From an uncultured Pseudomonadota bacterium (GTDB taxonomy: Bacteria; Oederibacteriota; Muellerivitia; Muellerivitales; Muellerivitaceae): DNA of 64,000 nt. The position numbers were made by a program, and so were the translations under genes. Of this stretch, positions 8,171-20,422 are shown in pieces. Location: NCBI GenBank assembly GCA_963843375.1, contig CAWJKT010000009.1:32001-96000 (forward strand), written 5' to 3'. Below the pieces are notes generated by a model that ran no database searches, was not told the DNA's origin, and was given only the letters and a program-made list of their open reading frames with translations. Numbering within the stretch: the first letter of the stretch is position 1; every line of letters starts with the position of its first letter.

Positions 8171-10344
8171 ATAAAAACCCTCAACGAGAACTGGGCGATT
8201 ACATTTCCGATATGTCTGAGCACTCCGATATCCGGGTCGGTTCGCCGCTACCCCTGGGAACCCAGGAAAGGGGAGAAGGAGTTAATTTCGCCCTGTTTAG
8301 CCGCCATGCCACAAGGGTCCGGCTGGAGTTGTTTGACCATCCGGAGGACGCCGCGCCCGCCCGGTTTTTCGATCTGGACGCTTCTTTGAACCGCACTGGC
8401 GACGTATGGCACGTTTGGGTGAAAGGTATCAGTTCCGGCCAGCTCTATGCTTACCGCTTGGACGGTCCCTATTCTCCCGAGGAAGGACACCGTTTCAATT
8501 TTAAACGGCTTCTGCTTGATCCCGCCGCCGTTGCGATTTCAAATCTGCCCCCATGGGATTTTGCGTCTGCCCTTGGATACGATCCGTCGTCGCAGGGGAA
8601 GGACCTAACTCTCTCAAAGGAGGATAACGCCAAGTCGACGCCCAAATGTATCTTTCTAAACGAGTCTTTCGAATGGAAGGGGGACCAGCCTCTCCGCCAT
8701 CCTTGGTCGAAGACCCTCATTTACGAGACCCATGTCCGTGGTTTTACCATGGATCGGAAGTCGGGAGCAAAGCATCCGGGAACCTACCGGGGCATGATGG
8801 AAAAGATTCCCCATCTCAAAACACTGGGTGTTACCGCCGTGGAACTGATGCCGGTCTTGGAATTCAATGAAAATTTCCTCACACGGAAGGATCCGAACAC
8901 GAACCAATCCCTCAGGAATTACTGGGGATACGATCCTGTTACTTTCTTCGCGCCCAAAGCTTCCTATAGCAGTTCGGGCGGGATGGGCCAGCAGAAACTG
9001 GAGTTTAAGGAAATGATCCTGGCTTTCCACCAAGCGGGCATCGAAGTGATTCTGGACGTGGTGTTTAACCATACGGCGGAAGGAAACGAACTGGGTCCGA
9101 CGCTTTTCTTTCGCGGGATCGACAACTCGATTTTTTATACCCTTGCGGCGGACAAGCGCCGTTATAAGGATTACGCGGGAACCGGCAATACGATTAACGC
9201 CAACCATCCGGTGGTACGGGACCATATCCTGGCGGCCCTGCGTTATTGGACGGTCGAGATGCACGTGGATGGGTTTCGCTTTGATTTGGCATCGGTTCTC
9301 GGCAGGGGCGAAAGCGGAAGATTGTTGGCTAACGCGCCGCTTTTGGCCCGGATCGCCGAGGATCCAATCCTGAGGGACGTTAAGCTCATCGCGGAGGCAT
9401 GGGACGCCGGCGGGGCCTACGAGGTGGGAAGTTTTTCGGAACGGCGCTGGGCGGAATGGAACGGCCGTTATCGGGATGACGTGCGGCGTTTCTGGCGCGG
9501 TGATGACGGAATTCTCGGCTCGTTCGCCAGCCGACTCTGCGGAAGCGCGGATATTTATAGCAAGCCGGGCAAAGGACCGGAGGGAAGTATCAATTTTATT
9601 ACCTGCCACGACGGGTTCACTTTGAATGACCTGGTCAGCTATTCCGCCAAACATAACGAGGCGAACGGTGAAAACAACCAGGACGGGACAAATAACAACT
9701 TTAGCGGGAACTATGGCTTCGAGGGCTTAACGAAGGACGCCGGAATTGAGACGATTCGAAAACGCCAGATCAAGAATTTTATGCTGACCCTGATGATTTC
9801 GCGCGGCGTGCCGATGATCCTCGGCGGGGACGAATTCCGCCGCACCCAGGGCGGCAACAACAACGCCTATTGCCAGGACAATGAAACCAGCTGGTTGGAC
9901 TGGAAACATTTCGACCAGCATCAGGAAATATTCCGGTTTACCCAAGGCATGATCGCTTTTCGTAGAGCTCATCCTGTCCTGAGTAAAGAAGAATTCTACA
10001 AAAATGAAGGAATTAATTGGTTTGGTCCGGAGGGCGGACTGCCTCATTGGGCAGATCTCAAGTGCAAACAACTTGCCTGCGTTATTCATGAAAATGAAAA
10101 AGAAAGTATTTACCTTATGTTCAACGCGGGTACAGAAGCGGCTGATTTTGGTTTGCCGTCACCATCGGAAGGGTATGGCTGGAGTTTATCGGTCGATACA
10201 TTCCTACCTTCGCCAAGGGATATGGCCGAGGCGGGCAAAGAAATACTTTTGAAAAATTCAAAGATTTACCATGTTGAAGCCCGCTCCAGCGTCATTCTTC
10301 TGGCGGGCAAGCCTAAACACGGCGCGCGAAAGGATACCCCATGA
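8158..10344 (+). CDS. glgX: Glycogen debranching enzyme
   Basis: NYWGYDP, DVVFNHTAEG, DGFRFDLAS, HDGFTLND; start may be 8212. Confidence 0.95.
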   Translation: MATINKNPQRELGDYISDMSEHSDIRVGSPLPLGTQERGEGVNFALFSRHATRVRLELFDHPEDAAPARFFDLDASLNRTGDVWHVWVKGISSGQLYAYRLDGPYSPEEGHRFNFKRLLLDPAAVAISNLPPWDFASALGYDPSSQGKDLTLSKEDNAKSTPKCIFLNESFEWKGDQPLRHPWSKTLIYETHVRGFTMDRKSGAKHPGTYRGMMEKIPHLKTLGVTAVELMPVLEFNENFLTRKDPNTNQSLRNYWGYDPVTFFAPKASYSSSGGMGQQKLEFKEMILAFHQAGIEVILDVVFNHTAEGNELGPTLFFRGIDNSIFYTLAADKRRYKDYAGTGNTINANHPVVRDHILAALRYWTVEMHVDGFRFDLASVLGRGESGRLLANAPLLARIAEDPILRDVKLIAEAWDAGGAYEVGSFSERRWAEWNGRYRDDVRRFWRGDDGILGSFASRLCGSADIYSKPGKGPEGSINFITCHDGFTLNDLVSYSAKHNEANGENNQDGTNNNFSGNYGFEGLTKDAGIETIRKRQIKNFMLTLMISRGVPMILGGDEFRRTQGGNNNAYCQDNETSWLDWKHFDQHQEIFRFTQGMIAFRRAHPVLSKEEFYKNEGINWFGPEGGLPHWADLKCKQLACVIHENEKESIYLMFNAGTEAADFGLPSPSEGYGWSLSVDTFLPSPRDMAEAGKEILLKNSKIYHVEARSSVILLAGKPKHGARKDTP

Positions 10345-12002
10345 ACTCGCGCTCTTCGGGGATACTTCTTCATCCAACCTCCCTTTCCAACCCATATCCC
10401 ATCGGCGACTTGGGACCTGCCGCAAACGCCTTTGTGGATTTTCTAGTTCTGAGCGGGCAGAGCTGGTGGCAGATGCTGCCAATTGGCCCGACGGGGATAG
10501 GGAATTCGCCATACCAATCATCGTCCGCCTTTGCGGGAAATCCGTTTCTGTTGAGTCCCGACTTGTTGATGAAGCATGGATTTCTAAACCGTGAGGATAT
10601 CGAGCTGCCTGTTCCGGGTGCCCCTGGAAAGGTGGACTATTACACAGCGGAACAACTGAAACTGAAGTGGTTGAAAAAAGCATTTGAACGTTTTGAAAAA
10701 AAGGGAGGAATGGCCAAGCGGCTGGAATTTGAGGCTTTCGTTCGCGCCGAATCCTACTGGCTTGACGATTTTTCCCTGTTCGTAGCCGTCCAGGACAATG
10801 AAGGCACCGGGGACTGGACCCAATGGGACCTTGAACTGAGAACACGACAGCCTAAAGCCCTTGTTCGAGCGCGTAAACACTTCACGGATGACATCCGTTA
10901 CCACCAGTTTATCCAGTGGCAGTTCTCAAAACAGTGGAAAGAGTTGCGGGCCTATTGCGATTCCAAGGCAGTCCAGCTGATCGGCGATATTCCCCTGTTC
11001 GTGTCCCATGAGAGCGCCGATGTGTGGGTTCACCCGGAGATTTTTAAATTGGACGTCGATGGGAACATGACGGTGGTCGCCGGGGTTCCTCCGGATTATT
11101 TCACGAAAACAGGACAGCGATGGGGCGAGCCCGTTTACCGATGGGATGTGCTGCAAGACCAAAATTACAACTGGTGGATAGAACGGCTGAGGACTGCTTT
11201 GGGACGGTTCGGCGTCATCCGTTTGGATCATTTTATCGGCTATGTGAGAACTTATGAGGTACCTTCGGGTGACCTTACGGCAGAAAACGGACAATATCAA
11301 CCGGGCGGCGGCAGGGCTTTTTTTGAAGCAGTGTTAAAAGCTATCGGCTCTTTGCCGTTTATCGCGGAGGACCTGGGGGTTCTTACCCCCGAAGTGATTA
11401 CCTTAAGGGAACAGCTTAACCTTCCCGGTTCGCGGGTGCTCCAGTTTGAGTTCGAATCGGACATTGAAAATAATATTTTTCCGTCGAAAGAACTCCCGGT
11501 GAACTCGGTGGTTTATACCGGAACCCACGATAACGACACTACGGAGGGTTGGTACAGAAAGTTACCGGCCACCCAGCGAGAAAGCCTTCGAAAACATCTG
11601 GGTGCCAACGACAAGACGGTTGTCCGGGCCATGATCGCAGCGGCCTTTGCTTCCCGGGCCGACAAGGTCATCCTGCCGGCGCAAGACCTTTTGGATTTGG
11701 GAACGGAGGCACGAATGAATTTTCCCGGCACCACAGAAGGGAACTGGCAATGGCGTCTGAAGGATGACGCGTTGACGCCGGAACTTGCGCAATGGCTGCG
11801 AAATTTAACTGGAACCTGTGGACGGCTGGGGAGTGAAGGTCACCGCTCGTCTCCCTTGCGTCCCGATGACAACCCGTCGGAACAGAACGCGAAGTTGGCC
11901 TATGAACCATACGAAAGGCAAAACCATTTAATTGACCAAACCGATAAATATTGGCACCCCGCGGAAGGGGAATTGAAGGCGGAGGTGAAAGGGAACCAGT
12001 GA
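10341..12002 (+). CDS. malQ: 4-alpha-glucanotransferase with C-terminal DUF2934-like tail
   Basis: GILLHPTSL, GVPPDYF, RLDHF, IAEDLG, YTGTHDN. Confidence 0.95.
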   Translation: MNSRSSGILLHPTSLSNPYPIGDLGPAANAFVDFLVLSGQSWWQMLPIGPTGIGNSPYQSSSAFAGNPFLLSPDLLMKHGFLNREDIELPVPGAPGKVDYYTAEQLKLKWLKKAFERFEKKGGMAKRLEFEAFVRAESYWLDDFSLFVAVQDNEGTGDWTQWDLELRTRQPKALVRARKHFTDDIRYHQFIQWQFSKQWKELRAYCDSKAVQLIGDIPLFVSHESADVWVHPEIFKLDVDGNMTVVAGVPPDYFTKTGQRWGEPVYRWDVLQDQNYNWWIERLRTALGRFGVIRLDHFIGYVRTYEVPSGDLTAENGQYQPGGGRAFFEAVLKAIGSLPFIAEDLGVLTPEVITLREQLNLPGSRVLQFEFESDIENNIFPSKELPVNSVVYTGTHDNDTTEGWYRKLPATQRESLRKHLGANDKTVVRAMIAAAFASRADKVILPAQDLLDLGTEARMNFPGTTEGNWQWRLKDDALTPELAQWLRNLTGTCGRLGSEGHRSSPLRPDDNPSEQNAKLAYEPYERQNHLIDQTDKYWHPAEGELKAEVKGNQ

Positions 12003-12153
12003 TTGTTCACGAGAAAATGAAGCCGTTTTCATAGTGCAATAAAATTAGTAGCTGATTGTTAGGATCGTGTTGAAACCAATTTTTTATACAAGCTGTTAAC
12101 AAGCGACTCTCAGTAAGCCAAAACGAAGTTTTAGGAAAGAAAGGATTCATTTT

Positions 12154-12951
12154 ATGCTCGACAACGTCAACGAACTAAAGGGTTACAAATTGCACAGCCT
12201 GGATGGAGAAATAGGAAGAGTCAAAGAATTCTATTTTGACGATAAATACTGGACTATCCGATATCTGGTCGCAGACACCGGAAATTGGCTTTCCGGCAGA
12301 CAGGTATTGATATCACCCCACGCCTTGTCCTACGTGAACAAAAAAGAAAAAACTATTTCGGTTGATTTAACCAAAAAGCAGATTGAAGAGAGCCCATCCC
12401 TGGATAGTGAAAGACCGGTGTCACGGCAATTCGAAGAATCCTATTATGGATATTACCAGTTTCCGTCCTATTGGACGGGCCCTTACATGTGGGGGGCTTA
12501 TCCTTTTTTCGTGCGCGACACTAAAAGCACTTCGCAACCGATTCGAAGCGATAAGGTCGAGGATTACCATTTGCGCAGCACAAACGCCGTGACCGGTCAT
12601 CACATCCAGGCTACGAATGGTGAGATTGGCCACGTCGTGGATTTCATTATTGATGACCATAATTGGGCGATTCGTTACTTGGTTGTTGATACCCATAACT
12701 GGCTGCCTGGCAAAAAAATCCTGATTTCACCCCCCTGGATAGAAAGCGTCAACTGGGGTCAATCAAAAGTGTTTGTCAATCTTTCCCGTGAGGCAATTAA
12801 GAATTCGCCGGAATTTAAGGAAGCCTCCCTGCTTACCCGGGAATACGAGACCCAATTGCATGGACATTACAGTCTCCAAGGCTATTGGATTGAGGAATTG
12901 GCGGCCCAAAGGGATTCAATCGTGGCGCCTAATCAAAACAGAGGAAAATGA
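12154..12951 (+). CDS. Tandem PRC-barrel protein (copy 1)
   Basis: Two DGEIG.V..F..DD..W.IRYLV repeats. Confidence 0.9.
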   Translation: MLDNVNELKGYKLHSLDGEIGRVKEFYFDDKYWTIRYLVADTGNWLSGRQVLISPHALSYVNKKEKTISVDLTKKQIEESPSLDSERPVSRQFEESYYGYYQFPSYWTGPYMWGAYPFFVRDTKSTSQPIRSDKVEDYHLRSTNAVTGHHIQATNGEIGHVVDFIIDDHNWAIRYLVVDTHNWLPGKKILISPPWIESVNWGQSKVFVNLSREAIKNSPEFKEASLLTREYETQLHGHYSLQGYWIEELAAQRDSIVAPNQNRGK

Positions 12952-12978
12952 ATTGAATTATTCTTTAAAGAAACTGTC

Positions 12979-13620
12979 ATGAAAAAAAACAACATGTTCA
13001 CTTGTTTGTTTGTGGATGTGGGAGGTGTTTTGCTCACCAATGGATGGGATCATCGCGCGCGCAGGCGAGCGGTTTCCCAATTCAAACTCGAGTGGAATGA
13101 GATCGAAAGCCGTCACGGATTGTTTGTGGAACCCTATGAGTTGGGATTGATCGGTCTGGAAGAATATCTAAACGGCGTGGTCTTTTATCAAAAACGCGAT
13201 TTTACCCGATCCAGCTTTCGAAATTTCATATTCGCTCAGTCAAAATCGCACCGCAAAATGATGGAGTTCATTGTTCAACTCAAAGCCATTCACGGTCTCA
13301 AGATCGTTGTAGTCAGCAACGAAGGTCGGGAAGTAAACGCTTACCGGATTCGTAAATTTAAATTGGCCGGTTTGGTGGATTTTTTTATTTCTTCCTGTTT
13401 TGTCCACCTCCGCAAACCCGATGTGAATTTTTATAAAATGGCCCTGGATACGGCCCAGATATCCCCTGAGAAGATCGTTTATATCGAAAACACCCCACTA
13501 TTCGATAAGGTCGCGGAAGGATTAGGGATCAAAAGTATTTTTCATAAAAATTATCAATCCACCCGCGCCTGCTTGTCCTATTGGGGTTTGTCGGCGAACG
13601 AAGGGATTGAATATGAATAA
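12979..13620 (+). CDS. HAD-family phosphatase
   Basis: FVDVGGVL, SN, RKPD motifs. Confidence 0.85.
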   Translation: MKKNNMFTCLFVDVGGVLLTNGWDHRARRRAVSQFKLEWNEIESRHGLFVEPYELGLIGLEEYLNGVVFYQKRDFTRSSFRNFIFAQSKSHRKMMEFIVQLKAIHGLKIVVVSNEGREVNAYRIRKFKLAGLVDFFISSCFVHLRKPDVNFYKMALDTAQISPEKIVYIENTPLFDKVAEGLGIKSIFHKNYQSTRACLSYWGLSANEGIEYE

Positions 13621-14821
13621 AAAACAAATAATGACCATTAATGCGGGCTCCTCTAGTCTTAAATTCGCCGTATTTGAAGCTGGTCAGCCGCCTCGACGCG
13701 TTCTTTGGGGCGGCATTGATCGGATTGGACAAACCGGAGCGGTTTTTCAGGTGAAGGGTTTGAATCCAACTGACGAATTTTCCAGAGTTTTGACCAAGTC
13801 CGACCATCAGGCCGCTTTAGAGGTTTTTATGATATGGGTCAAGGAGCGGGGCGGGGGAGCAAGTCTGTCGGCGGTTGGGCACCGGATGGTCCAGGGCGGC
13901 CCCCAACACAGCGAACCGGAGAAAGTCACCCATGAGTTGGTTGAAGCTCTCTTCAAATTAAGTCCTTATGATCCGGAACACATGCCGATGGAGATTCTCA
14001 TCGTGGACGCTTTCCACAGGCAATTTCCCAATCTGTCCCAGGTGGTTTGTTTCGATACGGCCTTTCATCACGATATGCCTCTGGTGGCGCGACTCCTGCC
14101 GATCCCCCGAAGTTATGAGGCGAAGGGTATTCATCGTTATGGTTTTCACGGCATTTCCTATGCCTATCTCATGGAGGAACTTTCACGTTTGGGGTGTATG
14201 GAAGAGGCTGAGGGTCGGGTGATTTTGGCCCATCTGGGCAACGGGGCCAGTCTGGCTGCGGTTCTTAAGGGCAAATCCGTTGATACCAGCATGGGTTTTA
14301 CGCCGTCCTCGGGAGTTTTAATGGGAACCCGCTCCGGAGATTTGGATCCGGGACTGGCTTTGTACCTGGAAAAAACCGAAGGCATGGACACCAAGGCTTT
14401 TAACACGATGGTCAATTTTCATTCCGGACTGCTGGGCGTGTCCGGAACCAGCCCGGACATGCGCGACTTGCTGAAACTGGAGGAAAAGGACGGAAGGGCA
14501 GCCGAAGCGGTTTCGTTGTTTTGCTATCAGGTCAAGAAGTGGATCGGGTCTTTCGCGGCGGCCTTGGGCGGACTGGACACTCTGGTTTTTTCGGCGGGCA
14601 TCGGTGAAAACTGTCCGGCGGTTCGCGAAAGAATTTGCGAGGGATTGGGGTTTCTAGGCATCGAACTCGATAAAAATCTAAACAGTGCCAACAAGAGTGT
14701 GATTTCCGTTTCTTCCGGCAAGGTTAAGGTTTTTGTCATACGCACGGATGAAGAACTCATGATCGCCAAGACGGTTTGCCATGTGCTCCGTATTGGTTTT
14801 ACGGGTGAAGCGCCAAACTGA
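13607..14821 (+). CDS. ackA: Acetate kinase
   Basis: INAGSSSLK, FDTAFH, YGFHG, HLGNGAS, GIGEN, TDEE. Confidence 0.95.
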   Translation: MNMNKKQIMTINAGSSSLKFAVFEAGQPPRRVLWGGIDRIGQTGAVFQVKGLNPTDEFSRVLTKSDHQAALEVFMIWVKERGGGASLSAVGHRMVQGGPQHSEPEKVTHELVEALFKLSPYDPEHMPMEILIVDAFHRQFPNLSQVVCFDTAFHHDMPLVARLLPIPRSYEAKGIHRYGFHGISYAYLMEELSRLGCMEEAEGRVILAHLGNGASLAAVLKGKSVDTSMGFTPSSGVLMGTRSGDLDPGLALYLEKTEGMDTKAFNTMVNFHSGLLGVSGTSPDMRDLLKLEEKDGRAAEAVSLFCYQVKKWIGSFAAALGGLDTLVFSAGIGENCPAVRERICEGLGFLGIELDKNLNSANKSVISVSSGKVKVFVIRTDEELMIAKTVCHVLRIGFTGEAPN

Positions 14822-14841
14822 AAAAAAGAGAGGATTATTTT

Positions 14842-15636
14842 GTGTTAGAAAAATTCATGACATTAAAAGGTTATCAATTGCACAGCCTCGACGGGGTCAT
14901 CGGGACGGTCAAAGACTTCTATTTCGATGACCGGCACTGGACCATTCGCTATCTAGTCGCCAACACAGTTAACTGGAACCCCGGAAGGGGCGTGCTGATC
15001 GCTCCACGAGCGATAAACTCTGTGAATCAGCAGCTGCGGACCATTGCCGTCGGTTTGACTAAAAAGCAGATCGAGGATAGCCCATCCTTGGATAGTGACA
15101 AACCCGTCTCAAGACAATATGAGGATACCTATTATTCGTATTATGGATGGCCGCCCTATTGGAGCGTGCCGCCAACGAGAGAATTTGGCTCCTTCATCGC
15201 GAAAGGTAGTGAAACAGCAGAGGATTCCCATTTGCGCAGCGCTTACATCGTTAGCGGCTATTTAATCAACGCCATGGACGGCGAGATCGGCCACATCGAG
15301 GATTTTATCATCGATGACGAGTCATGGGCTATCCGCTATCTGGCCATCGAAACACAGAATTGGTGGCCTGGTAAACATGTTCTGGTTTCCGCGAAGTGGA
15401 TCGAGCGCGTTAGTTGGGGCGAAGGAAAAGTCTTCGTCAATCTTTCCAAAGAAAGCATCAGGCAATCACCGGAATATACAGCGAATTTATTGTTAACCCG
15501 CGATTACGAAAACAAACTCCACCGGCATTATAACCTCCAAGGTTACTGGTCCGACGAATTGGCGGCCAAAAGGGATTCCCTGGCGGTGCCCAGTCAAAAT
15601 CGAGACAGTCGTCTTGAACATGAAATCAAACACTAA
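14842..15636 (+). CDS. Tandem PRC-barrel protein (copy 2)
   Basis: Paralogue of 12154-12951. Confidence 0.9.
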   Translation: MLEKFMTLKGYQLHSLDGVIGTVKDFYFDDRHWTIRYLVANTVNWNPGRGVLIAPRAINSVNQQLRTIAVGLTKKQIEDSPSLDSDKPVSRQYEDTYYSYYGWPPYWSVPPTREFGSFIAKGSETAEDSHLRSAYIVSGYLINAMDGEIGHIEDFIIDDESWAIRYLAIETQNWWPGKHVLVSAKWIERVSWGEGKVFVNLSKESIRQSPEYTANLLLTRDYENKLHRHYNLQGYWSDELAAKRDSLAVPSQNRDSRLEHEIKH

Positions 15637-15650
15637 TAAGGAGTATTTTC

Positions 15651-18071
15651 ATGAACGAATATAACATGGTCCGTGCGAAGGTTCTTTTAGACAGGACGAA
15701 TCAAAAAATCGAACCTTTGTCCGAAGAGTTACTTCGAAAAATGAACGCCTATTGGCGCGCCGCGAACTATTTATCCGTCGGACAAATTTATCTTTATGAC
15801 AATCCGCTATTGAAAGAGCCGCTGAAATTGTCGCATGTGAAGCCGTTGGTGGTGGGGCATTGGGGCACGACGCCGGGGCAAAACTTCATCTACGTGCACT
15901 TGAACCGTGTCATTAAGAAATACGATTTAAATATGTTTTACATCGCGGGTCCGGGCCACGGTGGCCCAGCAATCGTGGGAAACGTTTATCTTGAGGGCAC
16001 TTGGAGTGATGTTTATCCGAATGTGACACAGGACGAAGCTGGAATGAAAAAACTGTTCAAGCAATTTTCGTTTCCTGGCGGGATTTCGAGTCACGTGGCG
16101 CCAACGACGCCCGGATCCATTCATGAGGGCGGTGAATTGGGATATTCGCTTAGCCACGCTTTTGGAGCGGCTTTCGACAATCCCGACCTGATCGTGGCCT
16201 GTGTCATCGGCGACGGGGAGGCGGAAACGGCCTCTTTGGCGACCTCCTGGCAATCCAATAAATTTCTAGATCCGGTTACGGACGGTGCCGTTTTGCCGAT
16301 CCTGCATCTCAACGGCTATAAGATCAGCAATCCAACCGTTTTGGCGCGTATTGAGCATGAAGAGCTCGACCAATTCCTGCGCGGCTGCGGATGGGCACCT
16401 TACTTCGTGGAAGGCGATGATCCGGAAACGATGCATCAACTCATGGCCGATACTTTGGAAAAGGTCATCGGGGACATCCGGCAAATACATAGCAACGCGC
16501 GGCAAAAGAATGATCTCACCAGGCCCCGCTGGCCCATGATTATCCTCAAGTCACCGAAGGGCTGGACGGGACCGAAGGAAGTTGACGGCCTGCCAGTTGA
16601 GGGCACTTTCCGGGCACACCAGGTGCCGCTTCTGGTTGATCCTGAACATCCCGATCATGTCAAGCAGCTTGAAAGCTGGATGAAAAGTTACAAAGCGGAA
16701 GAATTGTTCGATAAGAACGGCAGGCTCATGCCGGAGCTGGCCGAGCTGGCGCCAAAGGGCGACCGGCGGATGGGCGCCAATCCCCACGCCAACGGCGGAC
16801 TTTTGTTGCACGATCTGCGAATGCCGGACTTTCACGCGCATGCGGTGAATGTGCCTTCGCCGGGCGCTGTTAACGGACAGGACACGCTCGTACTGGGGAA
16901 GTTTCTCCGTGACGTGGCCAAGCTCAATCAGAATCAGCGTAATTTTCGCATCTTCGGTCCCGATGAGACGCTTTCGAATCTCCTTGGCGCCGTTTTTGAA
17001 ACCACTAGCCGGCAGTGGAACGCCCGGACCGAAAAAAACGATGAATTCCTCGCCCCTGACGGACGGGTGCTGGACTCGATGCTCAGCGAGAACCAGTGCG
17101 AGGGCTGGTTGGAAGGATATCTGTTGACCGGGCGGCATGGACTTTTCAACAGCTATGAGGCGTTCATCCGCATCGTTGATTCGATGTTCAGCCAGCACGC
17201 CAAGTGGCTGAAGGTATGTTTGGAGCTGCCCTGGCGCCGAAAAATTTCGTCGCTGAACTATCTGCTTGCCTCCCATGTCTGGCAGCAGGATCACAACGGC
17301 TTCACGCACCAGGACCCCGGTTTCCTCGATCACGTTATCAATAAGAAGGCCGACATCGTGCGCTGTTACCTTCCGCCGGACGCCAACTGCCTGTTGTCGG
17401 TGATGGACCACTGCCTGCGGAGCCGGAATTACGTCAACGTTGTCGTGGCTGGTAAACACGCGTTGCCCCAATGGCTTAATATCGAAGAGGCCATTGTGCA
17501 TTGCACCGAAGGCATCGGCATTTGGTCTTGGGCCAGTAATGACCAGGGCGCGGAGCCGGATGTAGTCATGGCCTGCTGTGGCGATACGCCCACTCTGGAG
17601 ATTTTGGCCGCGGTTTCTATCCTCCGCGAACATCTACCTGATCTTAAAATCCGCGTTATCAACGTGGTTGACCTGATGAAACTGGAATCCAACACAGAGC
17701 ATCCACATGGATTGAACGCGAACGATTACGACGCGCTCTTCACGAAAGACAAGCACATTATTTTTGGTTTTCATGGGTATCCCTGGTTGATCCATCGGTT
17801 GACCTACCGCCGGCACAACCAGAACCTGCATGTTCGTGGCTACAAGGAAGAGGGCACGATTACCACGGCATTTGATATGAGAGTGCAAAACGATCTGGAT
17901 CGGTTTCATCTGGTGCAGGACGTGATTGATCGGGTACCGGGGTTTGGTTCCAAGGGCGATTATCTGAAGCAAAAAATGAAGGACAAACTAATTGAGCATA
18001 AGCAGTACATCGACCAACACGGCCAGGACATGCCGGAAATAAGGAATTGGAAGTGGGGAGCAAAACCATGA
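15651..18071 (+). CDS. xfp: Phosphoketolase
   Basis: [34 protein letters not shown]. Confidence 0.95.
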   Translation: MNEYNMVRAKVLLDRTNQKIEPLSEELLRKMNAYWRAANYLSVGQIYLYDNPLLKEPLKLSHVKPLVVGHWGTTPGQNFIYVHLNRVIKKYDLNMFYIAGPGHGGPAIVGNVYLEGTWSDVYPNVTQDEAGMKKLFKQFSFPGGISSHVAPTTPGSIHEGGELGYSLSHAFGAAFDNPDLIVACVIGDGEAETASLATSWQSNKFLDPVTDGAVLPILHLNGYKISNPTVLARIEHEELDQFLRGCGWAPYFVEGDDPETMHQLMADTLEKVIGDIRQIHSNARQKNDLTRPRWPMIILKSPKGWTGPKEVDGLPVEGTFRAHQVPLLVDPEHPDHVKQLESWMKSYKAEELFDKNGRLMPELAELAPKGDRRMGANPHANGGLLLHDLRMPDFHAHAVNVPSPGAVNGQDTLVLGKFLRDVAKLNQNQRNFRIFGPDETLSNLLGAVFETTSRQWNARTEKNDEFLAPDGRVLDSMLSENQCEGWLEGYLLTGRHGLFNSYEAFIRIVDSMFSQHAKWLKVCLELPWRRKISSLNYLLASHVWQQDHNGFTHQDPGFLDHVINKKADIVRCYLPPDANCLLSVMDHCLRSRNYVNVVVAGKHALPQWLNIEEAIVHCTEGIGIWSWASNDQGAEPDVVMACCGDTPTLEILAAVSILREHLPDLKIRVINVVDLMKLESNTEHPHGLNANDYDALFTKDKHIIFGFHGYPWLIHRLTYRRHNQNLHVRGYKEEGTITTAFDMRVQNDLDRFHLVQDVIDRVPGFGSKGDYLKQKMKDKLIEHKQYIDQHGQDMPEIRNWKWGAKP

Positions 18072-20212
18072 CTCGAAAATCAAGTTCAAAGTCGATTAGT
18101 CGCCTCAAAAAAAAAGTCAATCATCCTGTGGGAAAAGTAAGAAATGGAAAGAATACCTCTCGCTTGGTCGGAAAAGTTCCGGTGGGAAACGGAGGTGAAG
18201 TCCATCAAACTGCTGGCGGTTCGCATCCCGCGCTTACGACCAATCAGGGAATCTTGATTTCAGATAACCAGAACTCGCTTAAAGCCAATTCAGAAGGGCC
18301 GGTACTTTTAGAGGATTTTGTCCTTCGGGAAAAGATTATGCATTTCGATCATGAGCGTATTCCGGAGCGGATCGTTCACGCCCGCGGTACGGCTGCGCAC
18401 GGCTATTTTGAGTTAACCGAATCACTAGAACGCTATACGACTGCGAAAATTCTTACTCAAGTTGGTGAAAAAACAAAAGTGTTTACCCGCTTTTCAACGG
18501 TGGTCGGCGGGGCGGGTTCGGTCGATACACCGCGCGATGTGCGCGGATTTGCGGTAAAGTTCTATACTCAGGAAGGTAATTGGGATTTGGTCGGTATTAA
18601 TATCCCGGTTTTTTTCATCCAGGATGCCATTAAATTTCCCGACCTGATTCATGCGATCAAGATGGAGCCTGATCGGGGCTTTCCGCAAAGCGCCACAGCC
18701 CACGACACATTCTGGGATTTCATTTCGCTGATGCCCGAATCCATGAATATGGTGATGTGGATCATGTCGGACCGTACCCTTCCACGCTCGCTGCGGATGA
18801 TGGAAGGCTTCGGCGTCCACAGCTTCCGATTGGTGGATGCTAAGGGTGATTCGACTTTTGTCAAGTTTCACTGGCGGCCCAAGCTGGGCCTGCAATCAAC
18901 CACCTGGAATGAGGCCGTCAAACTAGCCGGAGTGGATCCGGACTTCCACCGGCGCGACCTATTTGAGTCCATCGAAAAAGGTGATTTCCCCGAGTGGGAA
19001 TTTTCGGCCCAGTTATTCACGCAGGAACAGGCCGACCAATTTCCATTCGACCATCTGGATCCAACCAAGTTGATTCCAGAGGAATTGGTGCCATTAAAAG
19101 TGATCGGACGGATGGTATTGAACCGGTGGCCAGACAATTTTTTCGCTGAAACCGAGCAGGTGGCCTATTGTCCGGCGAATATCGTGCCGGGAATTGATTT
19201 TTCTAATGACCCCCTATTGCAGGGCCGTCTTTTTTCTTATCTGGACACCCAGCTTTCTCGTTTCGGAACGCCGAATTTCAATCAAATCCCGATCAACGCG
19301 CCCAAGTGCCCGTTTGCCAACCTTCAGCGCGATGGAAAAATGCAGGCGACACAGCCGGTCGGACGCGTCGGATATGAACCGAACTCCTTGTCCACGGATA
19401 TGCCGCGTGAAAATCCGGTCGTCGGTTTTCAGAGTGTACACACCAATGAAACTGGTGAAAAAGGCCGTATCCGTCCGGAGAGTTTTGCGGACCATTACAG
19501 CCAGGCGCGCCAGTTCTATCGCAGTCAAACGGGGTACGAGAAGTCACATATGGTTTCGGCGCTCGTGTTTGAGCTGTCAAAGGTGGAACATCCTCATGTG
19601 CGTCAGGCGGTTACCGCCCATCTGCGGCATATCGACGAAGACCTTGCGCGACGCGTTGCTGATGGTCTTGGGCTGGAGAAAATGCCGACCGCTCCCTTCG
19701 CCTCCGCTTCGGTGCGGGATATGAAACCTTCTCTCGCGTTGAGGACTATCGGAAAAGAGAAGGATACTCTCGAGGGACGTTCCATCGGCATCCTCATCGC
19801 GGACGGCTCGGATGGCGCTCTCATCGACAAAGTGCGCAAAGCCGCTGTTGAGGCAGGCGCGAATGTGAAGGTCGTCGCTCCGCAAATAGGCGGCGCCATG
19901 CTGGATAACGGTTTATTCCTGAAGGCCGACGGACAACTGGCCGGTACATCTTCTGTCCTGTTTGACGCGATCGCGGTCATCCTGTCGGACGAAGGCGCAG
20001 AGCGGCTTGCTGGGGAATCCACCGCCATTGATTTTATTCGTGACGCCTTTTCCCATCTCAAGGCGATTGCCGTCGACCAGGGAGGCGAAAAACTGCTCCT
20101 TCAAGCGAATGTCGGAAAAGACCGGGGTGTCGTCAATCTTAGTGATGTGGCAAGTTTTATTTCTGCGGCTAAGACGCGCCAATGGGCAAGAGAAGCCTTA
20201 GTCCGTCGATAG
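18068..20212 (+). CDS. katE: Large-subunit catalase (HPII type)
   Basis: [25 protein letters not shown]-terminal extension; ATG overlaps xfp stop. Confidence 0.95.
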   Translation: MTRKSSSKSISRLKKKVNHPVGKVRNGKNTSRLVGKVPVGNGGEVHQTAGGSHPALTTNQGILISDNQNSLKANSEGPVLLEDFVLREKIMHFDHERIPERIVHARGTAAHGYFELTESLERYTTAKILTQVGEKTKVFTRFSTVVGGAGSVDTPRDVRGFAVKFYTQEGNWDLVGINIPVFFIQDAIKFPDLIHAIKMEPDRGFPQSATAHDTFWDFISLMPESMNMVMWIMSDRTLPRSLRMMEGFGVHSFRLVDAKGDSTFVKFHWRPKLGLQSTTWNEAVKLAGVDPDFHRRDLFESIEKGDFPEWEFSAQLFTQEQADQFPFDHLDPTKLIPEELVPLKVIGRMVLNRWPDNFFAETEQVAYCPANIVPGIDFSNDPLLQGRLFSYLDTQLSRFGTPNFNQIPINAPKCPFANLQRDGKMQATQPVGRVGYEPNSLSTDMPRENPVVGFQSVHTNETGEKGRIRPESFADHYSQARQFYRSQTGYEKSHMVSALVFELSKVEHPHVRQAVTAHLRHIDEDLARRVADGLGLEKMPTAPFASASVRDMKPSLALRTIGKEKDTLEGRSIGILIADGSDGALIDKVRKAAVEAGANVKVVAPQIGGAMLDNGLFLKADGQLAGTSSVLFDAIAVILSDEGAERLAGESTAIDFIRDAFSHLKAIAVDQGGEKLLLQANVGKDRGVVNLSDVASFISAAKTRQWAREALVRR

Positions 20213-20422
20213 ATGTAACTGCGGTGCATCTGAAAAGACAAAAGATGAAGCCGTTGCGCCAAGAGGAGAAAGATATTTCGAAAATTCGGAACAGGAAGTG
20301 ATCCATCCGGGTAAACCGGATGAAGCTCCAGAACTAATTTCCCCCATTTTCCAACCGGCCGATGGGTTTGCTGTCAGCAATTCACCCATTTTTGTAGTCC
20401 CTCCCTTGAAAGGAAAAATATT

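Noticed and set aside
7214..17633. Long antisense or alternate-frame ORFs (e.g. 7214-8119, 8656-9654, 16551-17633; also 52253-53335)
   Set aside because: Shadows of well-conserved GC-rich genes.
20198..20389. 63-aa minus-strand ORF between katE and the aldehyde dehydrogenase
   Set aside because: Opposes the operon and has no recognisable motif.
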